A DNA stretch of 64,000 nt from positions 293,449-357,448 of the forward strand of contig MFDN01000001.1 in assembly GCA_001776935.1 (NCBI GenBank), written 5' to 3'. Each line of letters starts with the position of its first letter. Within the stretch, counting starts at the first letter, position 1. Origin of the DNA: Candidatus Daviesbacteria bacterium RIFCSPLOWO2_01_FULL_39_23 (lineage in GTDB: Bacteria > Patescibacteriota > Microgenomatia > Daviesbacterales > UBA10151). A model generated the notes under the pieces. That model saw only the letters and a list, made by a program, of their open reading frames with translations. It ran no database searches and was not told the origin of the DNA. Position numbers and translations under genes: made by a program. Shown piece by piece: positions 28,865 through 38,428 of the stretch.

Positions 28865-30034
28865 ATGCCAGCATCAACAACAGGAATTAGAGGTTCAGGT
28901 AGCTTAGGGGTAACACGCAGATATGACGTGTCTGATGTTGTATCGCTTTTGGATGTTAACCGATATCCGCTTATTGCGATACTAACTAACGCTGGTAAAG
29001 ATCCTGCAACCGGCGAAGGAGAAGCTCTAAAAAAGAAGGAAGCAACTGATCCGGAATTCAAGTGGTTTGAAGATGAATTTGGTAAAAGACAACTAACCGG
29101 TTCAGGAACTGTTGATCCGGACGGGGGTAACTTAACCATCACAGGACAATCACAATATCTGCAGGTCGGTGACATCATTCTAGTCTCATCCCAGAAATGG
29201 GTTTTTCAGGTTACTGCTATCGTTGACGCCAATACCGTCACAGTAGGAGCAGAGCTAGGGGGCGCAACAGGTGTAGCGGCAGATGCAACAGGAGATGTGT
29301 GGTTAATCGGAAATGCCAATGAAGAAGGCGCAGGTCTAAGGGACATTAAATCCACAACTATTGCGGAAGTATCAAATTATTGTCAGATTTTCAGAACTCC
29401 GGTAGGTATTACGGAAACTGCCAGAAACACACAAGGATGGGTTAAGGAAAATGATTTCGATTACCAGAGACGCAAAAAAGGTATTGAGCATTATGTCGAT
29501 ATCGAACGGACGTTTATTTTCGGCAAGAAAGGGATTATCACAAGTGGTACTCATCCTAAGAGATTCACCAGTGGGGTTTTAGGAAGAATTGCTACATATG
29601 CTACTGCCAACGTTGATACGGAATCTGAATTTGACTCATGGTTGGAGAGTTTATTTGCTCACGGAAACACAGAAAAATACCTTTTTGCTTCAGCTGCGGT
29701 AGTCTCTATGGTTAACAGCTGGGCTAAGGGTAAGCTTCAGGTGGTGAATCCTACCAAAGCCTACGGGCTCAGGATTGTCACTTATGATTCACCGCACGGA
29801 ACGCTACACATTATTAAGCATCCACTTTTGATTGGAACAACCTATGGGAATTATGCCATCGGTTTGGATATGGAAGCTTTGACATACCGCTATTTGACTA
29901 ACAGAGATACGAAGCTTTTGACCAACCGCCAAAATCCCGGTGAAGACAGTCAGGTTGACGAGTATCTCACTGAATGCGGATTGCAGATGGAACAGGAGCA
30001 ACGCCATGCCATCATGAGCGTCGGTGCCCTTTAA
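28865..30034 (+). CDS. Putative major capsid protein
   Basis: 389 aa with strong RBS 'aaaaggagggaggtg'. Follows the scaffold-like gene and is followed by a stable hairpin. Composition and size fit HK97-fold MCPs. Call rests on context. Confidence 0.5.
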   Translation: MPASTTGIRGSGSLGVTRRYDVSDVVSLLDVNRYPLIAILTNAGKDPATGEGEALKKKEATDPEFKWFEDEFGKRQLTGSGTVDPDGGNLTITGQSQYLQVGDIILVSSQKWVFQVTAIVDANTVTVGAELGGATGVAADATGDVWLIGNANEEGAGLRDIKSTTIAEVSNYCQIFRTPVGITETARNTQGWVKENDFDYQRRKKGIEHYVDIERTFIFGKKGIITSGTHPKRFTSGVLGRIATYATANVDTESEFDSWLESLFAHGNTEKYLFASAAVVSMVNSWAKGKLQVVNPTKAYGLRIVTYDSPHGTLHIIKHPLLIGTTYGNYAIGLDMEALTYRYLTNRDTKLLTNRQNPGEDSQVDEYLTECGLQMEQEQRHAIMSVGAL

Positions 30035-30121
30035 GAGAGTTTATTACTGAAAATACTTTATGAACGAAATCACAAACATCGGAAGTCACTGCACACTTTC
30101 TTACTCAGTGTAGTCGCCTGT

Positions 30122-30147
30122 GAAGGGGTGAGCGTTATCACCCCTTC
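30122..30147 (+). promoter_or_regulatory. Stable hairpin GAAGGGGTGA-gcgtta-TCACCCCTTC after the capsid gene (terminator/processing or stability element; no clear T-tract)
   Basis: Perfect 10-bp GC-rich stem, 6-nt loop. Confidence 0.45.
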
Positions 30148-30175
30148 AATTTAAACGGAAAGCGGGGTGAAAAAT

Positions 30176-30763
30176 ATGACAGATGAAGTTAAAAAATCAT
30201 TAGAAGAAATGTCTATGCCAGAACTTTGGAGTGAAGCTAAACGATTAGGTATTTCAAAAGACGGCAGGAAAGAGGAACTAATTATACGTATTAAAGAGGC
30301 CCAGGAAGAAGAGGACAACACTGAGCAGCCTAAGAATAGTAAATCTGAGGTATTAAAGGAAACTATTTATATCTCCAGGTATTACGAGCTTAAATTGGTA
30401 ATGAGCCCATCATACTTAAAAGAGGTTGGAGGCAAAGTGCTTATTATCCGAGGCACATATATTCAGTTCCATGATGGTGCATATAAAACCAGTAATCCTG
30501 AAGAAATTGAATTTCTCGACAATCACCCCAACTTAGGCAGCGTTTTTAGGAAGATAGAAAGATCCGATCTAAGTGGAGGTAAAAGCATTGAACAGATATA
30601 CCAGGATAAATTTAAAACCTTGGAGGAGCGCGAAAAAGAATTGGCTGCCAGAGAAGAATTACTTCGCAAAAAAAAGATTGAGCTAAAAGGGTCAGAAGAA
30701 GGTGCTCCGCAGCAAGAAACGGTTACCGGTATCAGAAGTACAACTGACCGACCAAAGTTTTAA
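30176..30763 (+). CDS. Phage protein with N-terminal SAP/HeH-like motif
   Basis: 'MSMPELWSEAKRLGISKDGRKEELIIRIKEA' matches the SAP/Rho-N helix-extension-helix pattern. ATG at 30176 with GGGGTG RBS preferred over GTG at 30167. Confidence 0.5.
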   Translation: MTDEVKKSLEEMSMPELWSEAKRLGISKDGRKEELIIRIKEAQEEEDNTEQPKNSKSEVLKETIYISRYYELKLVMSPSYLKEVGGKVLIIRGTYIQFHDGAYKTSNPEEIEFLDNHPNLGSVFRKIERSDLSGGKSIEQIYQDKFKTLEEREKELAAREELLRKKKIELKGSEEGAPQQETVTGIRSTTDRPKF

Positions 30764-30775
30764 AGAGGTAAAAAT

Positions 30776-31066
30776 ATGACAAGCAGGCCAGCATTTACAA
30801 CAGCAAATGTCACCTTAACTCTTGCGGACACATGGTACCCTCTGCCATCTATCCAGGTTGGCGAAGGGTGCGATGTGGTTATAAAGTCCAAAAACGGAAA
30901 CACTGCAGCAATTAAAGTAGCTCATGACGATGCAGACAGTAAAGCAGCGCCATTTTTACTCGATAACCCGGGAGACAGTGTCAGGCTAAAAATAAAAGGT
31001 ACCGAACAGGTGGTACTAAGCTCAGGTACAGCAGGACAGATAGCAGAAGTTATAACGGAAAAATAA
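30776..31066 (+). CDS. Phage hypothetical protein
   Basis: 96 aa. Confidence 0.4.
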   Translation: MTSRPAFTTANVTLTLADTWYPLPSIQVGEGCDVVIKSKNGNTAAIKVAHDDADSKAAPFLLDNPGDSVRLKIKGTEQVVLSSGTAGQIAEVITEK

Positions 31067-31070
31067 AACT

Positions 31071-31658
31071 ATGGCTAAATTTGAACCATCTTTTGTAAAC
31101 ATTAGGAGAATGCTCTCAAAGTATAGAATACTTGTTAACACTGATGATGGAGAGGAAGATTACGATACAACCTGGTATCCTAATGGTTTTTCCGGTAATC
31201 AAATCTCAATTGGCAATGACGGCACAGGCAGCAACGATGCGGGGCTACGATTCTTAAGGGTTCCAATACCTAACAACGTTAAAATTACCAAAGCTGTCTT
31301 GAGAGTTAAATCAGCAGTTAACTCTACCAAACGGCCCACTCTTATTATTAAAGGTATTAAACAGCCCAGTGCCTTAAGCTACGATTCGACTAACCGCCCA
31401 TCGACAAAACCAAAAACAACAAACACTGTTGCATGGAATATAACCCAAGATTGGGTGATTAACACCTGGTATGAGAGTCCTGATGTCAAAGCAATCATCC
31501 AGGAAATTATCGACCAGACGGAATTTACTAATAAGGCAATCGGCATTGTAATTGAGGACAATGCCAGTCCAGTAAATCAGTATGAAAACATCTGGGATTT
31601 TAACAGCGGAGCAACTAATACAGCACAATTGGTGCTGACGCTGGAACCGGACATATAA
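31071..31658 (+). CDS. Phage protein; first copy of a ~190-aa domain repeated in 31921-33606
   Basis: 'DGEEDYDTTWYPNGF.GNQI..G.DG......AG......PIP......NRPST..KT......WN......ESP..K.IIQEIID' recurs twice in the next large ORF. Confidence 0.5.
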   Translation: MAKFEPSFVNIRRMLSKYRILVNTDDGEEDYDTTWYPNGFSGNQISIGNDGTGSNDAGLRFLRVPIPNNVKITKAVLRVKSAVNSTKRPTLIIKGIKQPSALSYDSTNRPSTKPKTTNTVAWNITQDWVINTWYESPDVKAIIQEIIDQTEFTNKAIGIVIEDNASPVNQYENIWDFNSGATNTAQLVLTLEPDI

Positions 31659-31685
31659 AGATAAAAGCAAAGGAGGTGGTAAAGA

Positions 31686-31997
31686 ATGCAAGGAAGCGAT
31701 GCAGTGTTACTGGAAACAATCATAAAAGCTATCGTCGAAAATTCGCAGTCAGTAAAAGTAAACCGCAAGGTCGATGAGATGGGAGTACTTCTGATAGTTG
31801 CTATGGATGAAAAGGACGCAGGAGCAGTAATTGGTAAGGATGGATCAACCATTCAGTCAATTAGAAAAATTATGAAAATTGTTGGTATGAAGAATAACGC
31901 CAGAATCAATGTCAAATTAGATGTTCCCAAATGGAGCAAAAAACATCATGTTGAACCAAGTCTTAAAGATCAAAACGAAGATACAACAAAACTCTGA
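31686..31997 (+). CDS. KH-domain (type II, KhpA-like) RNA-binding protein
   Basis: 'GVLLIVAMDEKDAGAVIGKDGSTIQSIRKIMKIVG' has the KH GxxG-loop pattern. C-terminal tail overlaps the next gene and may be an over-extension. Confidence 0.45.
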   Translation: MQGSDAVLLETIIKAIVENSQSVKVNRKVDEMGVLLIVAMDEKDAGAVIGKDGSTIQSIRKIMKIVGMKNNARINVKLDVPKWSKKHHVEPSLKDQNEDTTKL

Positions 31998-33606
31998 TGA
32001 CGGCAGAGAAATTGGTACTGCAACTTGGGATAAAGACGGCAATACTTCACAAATAATTACCTTTGGAAACTACACCGGAGCACAAAATGTGGCTTTCAGA
32101 TTCCGTGGGATCGATATTCCCAGATTATCAAAAATACTGCTTGCGCGGATGAGGCTACGTCCTGCATTCACTGACGCCGTAGACTTTACTGTAAATTTAA
32201 AAATAAAAGGGATTAAGGAGCCTGACCCCCAGCCTTTCAGTCAAAACACAAGACCTTCTACCAGGTCGAAAACTGTTAATTTAATAGATTGGGATATCTT
32301 AAAAAAGTGGAATGTCCACGAATGGGTTCAAACCCCAAATTTGAATTTAATCGTGGAAGAACTGGTAGCTCAAACCACCTGGAAACCAGGCAATTCGATG
32401 GCGTTTGTTATTGAAGATGACAGTAGTTTAGCTGATAATTCAAAAACCTGTTGGGATTTCAGCCATGGGGACGGTTATCAGGCAGAACTTGAGGTTTATT
32501 ATCTTCCACAGGGCCTGCATGAGCAAATAACCATAGGACTCCTTCAGGGTAATGATCGTGATGGCGAAGAAGATTATAAAACTACTTGGTATCCTAACGG
32601 CTTTGCTAATAACCAAATAACCTTTGGTGATGATGGCAGTTTATCTCCGAATGAGTCCGCAAATGATGCAGGCTTTATATTAAGCCCGATAAATATTCCC
32701 AGAGGAGCAGAAATCATCTCTGCCAGTCTTCTTATACCAAGCCCCATTCAAAACAACGGCATGCCCAATGTCTTAATTAAGGGCTTTGCAGAAGACAATG
32801 CTGCAGTTTTTGCATCAGACGGCTCAAACAGACCTTCAACCAGAACAAAGACACAAGCTCAAGTTCAATGGAACTTAGGGCATGCAGAGGCAGGAGTGCT
32901 AATTGGTGACCACTGGACAGCAGAAAGCTACTACGAATCCCCGGAGATAAAGGAAATCATACAGGAAATAATTGACAAACCAGGCTGGGCAAAAAGCAAA
33001 CTTGGCATTGTTATAGAAAACTACAACTCAGGGCAAGGTAATGTGAAATACTGCTGGGATTATAACCAGGATGCAGGAGCGCATAGAGCAAAGCTTCTTA
33101 TTGCTTGGACTAATATCCGAAGGGTAATAACCCGAACAAAAGATACCGAATCATTCAACAAGGCCAACTATCCCGAATACATCATTGTCCACCACTCCGC
33201 TACTCCACGAGATACCACTAGGTTTGAAACCATCAAAAAGTCACATATTGGTTTTGGCTGGGATGATATCGGATACCACAGATGGGTATCCGGAGCGCTC
33301 GATGGAGACGGAGTGCTTATTTTAGGCAGAAAAGACAACATGATAGGTGCTCACACAGACACCAACAAAATGAATTACAGATCTTTAGGGATAGTCCTCT
33401 GCGGAAATTTTCAGAACTCCGAAACTCCGACAACAGCACAGCTTGCAACATTACAGACAGTTTTAGATGACCTTCGTGTTGAGCGGGGTATTCCAAGGGA
33501 AAGAGTCCTCGGACATAAGGAAGTGCCGGAATCGGCAACCGATTGCCCAGGCAACGCTCTGCTTCCCTATGTTCAAAACTACAGGAGGACCGGTCAACTT
33601 CAGTAG
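31921..33606 (+). CDS. Phage cell-wall hydrolase: two N-terminal repeat domains plus C-terminal N-acetylmuramoyl-L-alanine amidase (PGRP/amidase_2)
   Basis: C-terminus 'YIIVHHSATPRD...IGYHRWV...GAHTDTNKMNYRSLGIVLCGNF...ATDCPG' matches zinc amidase_2. Alternative start at 31948 (MLNQ...). Confidence 0.65.
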   Translation: MFPNGAKNIMLNQVLKIKTKIQQNSDDGREIGTATWDKDGNTSQIITFGNYTGAQNVAFRFRGIDIPRLSKILLARMRLRPAFTDAVDFTVNLKIKGIKEPDPQPFSQNTRPSTRSKTVNLIDWDILKKWNVHEWVQTPNLNLIVEELVAQTTWKPGNSMAFVIEDDSSLADNSKTCWDFSHGDGYQAELEVYYLPQGLHEQITIGLLQGNDRDGEEDYKTTWYPNGFANNQITFGDDGSLSPNESANDAGFILSPINIPRGAEIISASLLIPSPIQNNGMPNVLIKGFAEDNAAVFASDGSNRPSTRTKTQAQVQWNLGHAEAGVLIGDHWTAESYYESPEIKEIIQEIIDKPGWAKSKLGIVIENYNSGQGNVKYCWDYNQDAGAHRAKLLIAWTNIRRVITRTKDTESFNKANYPEYIIVHHSATPRDTTRFETIKKSHIGFGWDDIGYHRWVSGALDGDGVLILGRKDNMIGAHTDTNKMNYRSLGIVLCGNFQNSETPTTAQLATLQTVLDDLRVERGIPRERVLGHKEVPESATDCPGNALLPYVQNYRRTGQLQ

Positions 33607-33623
33607 AAAGGAGAGATAAATAT

Positions 33624-34328
33624 ATGCAATTACAAGAATTCAGACAAGATTTAAATGCCAGGATAGCAGCAGCCAAAGTATCAGGTTTCTGGAAAGATGC
33701 AGATAAAGACCGCTGGATTAATAAGGCAATAATCAGAGCATGCAATTATGCCCGTTTCAAATTTTTAAGCAAACATGCAACCCAGCTTACGGAATTACTG
33801 CCAGATGGAACAGGCAGAGAATCCTACTTCCTGCCCTTTGATTACAAGCCAGGAGGAATGATTTATCTGTCTGTAGACGGAGAAGAATATCACAAGGTAA
33901 GCGAGGAAGCATTCTTAAGCCGAAAATCAGATGACAAAATAGGAGTGCTGATCAGTCCGCAGCAGGATATTCTTCACTCAGGATCTAATACAGACTGGAG
34001 ATGGAACAAAATATATGCCGTTATAGGCGATGAGTACTTTATAAACCCGGTATCTGCAGAGGAAGGATTAGTAATTGATTTGTTTTACAAACGCCGTCCC
34101 GTAAGGCTGGTTGAAGACACAGACGAACCGATAACCCCGGAAGAAATGGATGAGCCAATTCTTAAGCTGGCACTGGCAACCTGTCTGGCAAAAGAGCCAG
34201 GTAAAAAAGGTGATGCAGAAAAGGAAGTTATAGAAGCCCATGCATTGCTTCAGCAGATAAAAGAGCGGGAAGATGAAGAACCGAATGCTGTCTTTAAGGG
34301 GCAGGCAACAAGCACAAGGTGGCAGTAA
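33624..34328 (+). CDS. Phage hypothetical (tail/baseplate-associated?) protein
   Basis: ORF track 33543-34328. ATG at 33624 follows the upstream stop and the RBS GAAAGGAGAG. Confidence 0.45.
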   Translation: MQLQEFRQDLNARIAAAKVSGFWKDADKDRWINKAIIRACNYARFKFLSKHATQLTELLPDGTGRESYFLPFDYKPGGMIYLSVDGEEYHKVSEEAFLSRKSDDKIGVLISPQQDILHSGSNTDWRWNKIYAVIGDEYFINPVSAEEGLVIDLFYKRRPVRLVEDTDEPITPEEMDEPILKLALATCLAKEPGKKGDAEKEVIEAHALLQQIKEREDEEPNAVFKGQATSTRWQ

Positions 34329-34332
34329 ATAT

Positions 34333-35784
34333 ATGAATGCATACAAAGTACAGGGATACAGAGGAGGCATTGCAGACGATCCATATTCAGGAGTGCGGGA
34401 AGCATTCCGTTTCGGCTATGGCTTGAATATCAGAGGCGAAACCAATGTCCTTAAATGCAATCAGAAATTAAAAGTGGACCTGGGTAATGAGGTAATTGTT
34501 GACCTGATTCTTTTCTATATTCCGGCATCAAACGGAATTCTCTATGGCTTTGGAGACACCGGAAAAATCTACAGAAAAAACGGCGTTGATGGAACATGGG
34601 AGGTAGTTTATACCGATGCAAACGGCAAAATAACCGGAGCTGCAGAATACACAAACAATGATGGTGTTGATAACTACATCCCCTATCTTTACTGGGCAAC
34701 CGAAACAAAAGTAAGCAGAATAAAACTCTCCGGCATTTGGCCGACAGATGTAGAGCATGACTGGGGAACTCTAAACGGAGATCCCTCCTGGCATACAATG
34801 GCAGAAGCGCTGGGAGTATTGCTTATTTGTGACGGTAAAGATCTGGCAATGGTTGACTACGAAGGAGCATTCGCTGCCGGAGCAAATCCAGCTCTCGATT
34901 TACCCAGAGGCCATCGGAATAAATGTCTTTTAGGATTGGATCAACTGGTTGTATTCGGCTCAACTAAGGGAGATAAAGTCGAAGAAGGCTGGCTCTGGAC
35001 CTGGGACAAAATCCAGCCCTCCTGGATACAAAGAAGAATGATCGCAGAAAGAGGTATAAACGCAATCCTGCAGGGCGAGTTTATGGCAATCCAGGCAGGC
35101 GTAAAAGGCGGGCTTTACTTCTGGGATACATCTTCTCTTATAAGAATCAAGAAATTTCCAGGGGAATTCGGATGGGTTAACCCAGGAGGTGTGACAATCA
35201 TGGGGGGTCTTCCCTTATTTGGTTTGAACGGTTCAAATAAATGCGGGGTTTATTCCTACGGCAGGCTAACTAAAAACGACCCTTATGCTTTGAACCTCGA
35301 ATACATTCCCTCTCACGAAAAGATGGAAAATGTAAATATTGGAGCTTTAACAATGTATGGAGATGTCTTGCATGTCTCCTGGAAGGATGGCATAGAGTTT
35401 GGAGTAGACCGGATTGATGCGGATAACAAAGCTGAGGGCAGATATGAAGGTATGGTTTTTGATGGAGGCGAACCTTTCACTCAGAAATCCTTCAGAACTA
35501 TAAAACTCGTCACGAAAAAACTTCCCAAAGATACCAGCGTAGAAGTGTTCTACAGAGTAAATGAAGATGATGAGTGGCAAACAGCCGCCATGCAGGATAG
35601 TTCAGAATCGTTTGATAAAGAAGGAAAAACAAAAGCTATTTTTTCCATTGAAACAGGCGGAGATGAGGACGAACCGGGACAAGGGGAAGAATATGAAGTA
35701 GCGCTTAACATTCATCCAAGCGGAAACAATACACCGGAAGTTAAATCAGTAACCTCCTACTTTGAACCAGTAGGAATTTTATAA
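34333..35784 (+). CDS. Phage structural hypothetical protein
   Basis: ORF track 34273-35784. ATG at 34333 preceded by AAGGTGG just after the upstream stop. Confidence 0.45.
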   Translation: MNAYKVQGYRGGIADDPYSGVREAFRFGYGLNIRGETNVLKCNQKLKVDLGNEVIVDLILFYIPASNGILYGFGDTGKIYRKNGVDGTWEVVYTDANGKITGAAEYTNNDGVDNYIPYLYWATETKVSRIKLSGIWPTDVEHDWGTLNGDPSWHTMAEALGVLLICDGKDLAMVDYEGAFAAGANPALDLPRGHRNKCLLGLDQLVVFGSTKGDKVEEGWLWTWDKIQPSWIQRRMIAERGINAILQGEFMAIQAGVKGGLYFWDTSSLIRIKKFPGEFGWVNPGGVTIMGGLPLFGLNGSNKCGVYSYGRLTKNDPYALNLEYIPSHEKMENVNIGALTMYGDVLHVSWKDGIEFGVDRIDADNKAEGRYEGMVFDGGEPFTQKSFRTIKLVTKKLPKDTSVEVFYRVNEDDEWQTAAMQDSSESFDKEGKTKAIFSIETGGDEDEPGQGEEYEVALNIHPSGNNTPEVKSVTSYFEPVGIL

Positions 35785-35788
35785 ACAT

Positions 35789-37114
35789 ATGTTAACCAAC
35801 TTAATCAAAAAAATATTTATAAATAAGGAAACACCGGATGTCCCGTTTCCGGAGATAGCCCCACATAGCCACAATTCTGTGGATTCTCCTCCGCTTGCTC
35901 CTAGCAGTGTAGATGGTGTGAACATTAAGCCAGGAGCTATCGGAGATACAAAAATTGCTGACTTTTCAGTAACAGAACAGAAGCTAGCAGATACAGCAGT
36001 AGCGACACAGAAAATAAAAGATGATGCCATAACCGCAGCTAAAGTCTGGAAAGGTGGAAATGTTATAACCCTCTCTGCTCAAATTGCAGATGCCACTATT
36101 CTTTCAGCTCACATAGGCGCACTTCAGGTAGGAAACAGCAAGATTATGGACGCTGCTATCTCAACAGCAAAGATACAGGATCTCGCAGTCACAAACGCTG
36201 AAATAGCAGATGCAGCGATAACTAACGCCAAAATCGGCATGCTGGAAGTAGGAAACTCCCGAATAGCTAACGCAGCAATAAGTACAGCTAAGATACAAGA
36301 TCTGGCAGTGACCGATGCTGAAATCGCCAATCTGAATGCAGGAAAGATCAATGCGGGAATAATGACTGGAAGAACAGTAAGGACCGCAGATTCGGGTGCC
36401 AGGGTACAAATGAGTGGCTTGGATAACAGATTCGAGGTTTATAACAGTATAACTCTAGCAGGTTATATTCAAACCTACAGTGATAACATTGGCATTATTT
36501 CCGGTATTAACTACCAGATCGTTCTCTCTGCCACTAATTATGTGCATTTATTTGATTGTAATTTGGATGTTGATGGTGATTTAAACGTTGGCGGAACAAA
36601 GAACTTCAAAATTCCTCATCCTTTAAATCCAAAGCGCTGGATTGTTTATTCAGGCATTGAAAGCAACGGAGTATTTTTGGATATTCATGGAGAGGTGGTT
36701 ATTAAAAATAATAGAGCAAAAATAAACTTCCCTGTCTATCACATTGCAGTTACTTCAGGAACACCAATAATTCAGCTGACAAAAGTCGGCTGGTTTGGAG
36801 ATTTATATGTAGAAAGTCCAGACGAACAAGGCTTTGGTATTGTGGCGCAAAACGCTCCGGATGGCGCAAAAGTCAACTGGTATGCACGAAGCGTCAGAAA
36901 AGGCTATGAGGATGTGGAGATAGAACCACTTCTGGAAGAAGGAACAGCCAGAAATGAAATGGCCTTTCTTGCTGGCAAGCTCCACCCTAAGAATAAAGGG
37001 CTTTATAAACAGATTGATGTTCAAAAAGCACAAGATGAAATGTTCAAAAAGAAAAAACAAATTCAAGATTTCCAGAAAAGTATACAAAGAAAGTACAGAG
37101 AGAGGGGTGAATAG
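35789..37114 (+). CDS. Putative tail fibre / receptor-binding protein with 40-aa tandem repeats
   Basis: Repeats 'VGNS.I..AAISTAKIQDLAVT.AEIA...' and degenerate upstream copies '(I/V)xDxA(I/V)TxAK(I/V)'. Fibre-like C-terminal globular region. Confidence 0.5.
   Translation: MLTNLIKKIFINKETPDVPFPEIAPHSHNSVDSPPLAPSSVDGVNIKPGAIGDTKIADFSVTEQKLADTAVATQKIKDDAITAAKVWKGGNVITLSAQIADATILSAHIGALQVGNSKIMDAAISTAKIQDLAVTNAEIADAAITNAKIGMLEVGNSRIANAAISTAKIQDLAVTDAEIANLNAGKINAGIMTGRTVRTADSGARVQMSGLDNRFEVYNSITLAGYIQTYSDNIGIISGINYQIVLSATNYVHLFDCNLDVDGDLNVGGTKNFKIPHPLNPKRWIVYSGIESNGVFLDIHGEVVIKNNRAKINFPVYHIAVTSGTPIIQLTKVGWFGDLYVESPDEQGFGIVAQNAPDGAKVNWYARSVRKGYEDVEIEPLLEEGTARNEMAFLAGKLHPKNKGLYKQIDVQKAQDEMFKKKKQIQDFQKSIQRKYRERGE
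36131..36370 (+). repeat. Two ~120-nt direct tandem repeats inside the tail-fibre gene
   Basis: 'ggaaacagcaagattatggacgctgctatctcaacagcaaagatacaggatctcgcagtcac...' recurs at 36251 as 'ggaaactcccgaatagctaacgcagcaataagtacagctaagatacaagatctggcagtgac...'. Confidence 0.7.
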
Positions 37115-37116
37115 AT

Positions 37117-37350
37117 ATGTTTAATAAAACCAAAAAACTAGACAAGGCAGATCTTGAGGAGTTTAGGGAAAAAGAAAAACTAATTAAACAGCATCTTGCC
37201 ATAGCCCAGGCATTGGAGATGCAAAAGAACACATGGCTTATCAGCAAGTTTTCCAAATATGGCCTTGATGGTAATAAAGAATGGAGTTTTAGCCTTAAAA
37301 CAGGCGAAATTACAGAAGTAAAGCAACCAAAGAAGGGAGGTGGCGAATAA
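37117..37350 (+). CDS. Phage hypothetical small protein
   Basis: 77 aa. Stop overlaps the next start (ATAATG). Confidence 0.4.
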   Translation: MFNKTKKLDKADLEEFREKEKLIKQHLAIAQALEMQKNTWLISKFSKYGLDGNKEWSFSLKTGEITEVKQPKKGGGE

Positions 37351-38426
37351 TGGCAGACAAACAATACGGCGGATGGTACTGGCAGCCTGAACAAAATAAG
37401 GCACTTCGCTGGTGGGGTGCTGATACCAGTGGTAAGGATATTTATACCGAAGGCGAAGAACCCAACAAGCGGCAATCAGTTACCAGTTTATCAAGTGGGC
37501 TTTCGGGTATAGGAAGTGACAGTGTGCTCGGTTTTGACTTGGGGACATTAAATACCCGGTTTCAGGACACCTACAGCAAAGTAGGTTCTCTGCAAAATGA
37601 TCTTCAGGGATACCAATCCAGAAAATACGAAGGAGAATACGGAAAGGCAGGACTTGGGAAAATAAAGGATGAAATTTCTCTTTTAGACAGCAGTATCGCA
37701 GGTGAGAAAAATACCCGGGATGAGTCAGTCAGTAAAGTCAGGAAAAACCCAGGGTACTCCGCAGCAACCATTACAGGTGAAACCGGAGAGATTCAAAGAC
37801 TGGCCAATGCCAAGATTAATAATTTAATAGAAGAAAGAAATACAAAAGCACAGAGTTATAACGCAGGACTAGGTGAAATTACCCAGAAAGTAGCAACGGA
37901 AACAAAAGATAAAGAATTTGAGCTAAACAATTTAAGATATGACCTGCAATTTTTAGGCGGACTTCTGGATAGCTACAATAAAGTAAGATCAGCAGAACTT
38001 GCCTCACAGAAAGAAGCAGAACGTTGGGAGAAAGAATTCGGGCTTCAGCTTTACAATGCCCAGACATCCAGAATTAATACTACCAGTTCAGGTGGTGGAG
38101 CAAAAACCTACAGCAAAGAATCGGTCAAAGATGCATTCGGAAATGTAGTCGGATACTTCGACCCAGGTACAGGACAGACAAATTACTACCAAACACCAGA
38201 GTCACAGCAATCCCAGAAAACTACAGTTAAAGAAGGTGACCTAAGAACAGAAATCAGATCATCATGGAAAGACGGTTACCAACCGGACCAGCTCAAGAAA
38301 AACTTAGCAAATGTCACAACTGATAAGGGCAAAAGTGCAGCAGCAATAGTCGATGAGGAATGGCAGTTAAAAACTCAGCCAGGAGTCATGGGCTTCCTGA
38401 GAAGGTTATTTACACCAGGAGTATAG
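37350..38426 (+). CDS. Phage structural hypothetical protein
   Basis: 358 aa, Gly/Ser/Thr-rich with a coiled-coil segment. Confidence 0.45.
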   Translation: MADKQYGGWYWQPEQNKALRWWGADTSGKDIYTEGEEPNKRQSVTSLSSGLSGIGSDSVLGFDLGTLNTRFQDTYSKVGSLQNDLQGYQSRKYEGEYGKAGLGKIKDEISLLDSSIAGEKNTRDESVSKVRKNPGYSAATITGETGEIQRLANAKINNLIEERNTKAQSYNAGLGEITQKVATETKDKEFELNNLRYDLQFLGGLLDSYNKVRSAELASQKEAERWEKEFGLQLYNAQTSRINTTSSGGGAKTYSKESVKDAFGNVVGYFDPGTGQTNYYQTPESQQSQKTTVKEGDLRTEIRSSWKDGYQPDQLKKNLANVTTDKGKSAAAIVDEEWQLKTQPGVMGFLRRLFTPGV

Positions 38427-38428
38427 AT

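Noticed and set aside
30167-30175. GTG start for the SAP-domain protein, as shown in the ORF track
   Set aside because: The ATG at 30176 has better spacing from the GGGGTG RBS. The GTG-initiated N-terminus 'MKNM' is less plausible.
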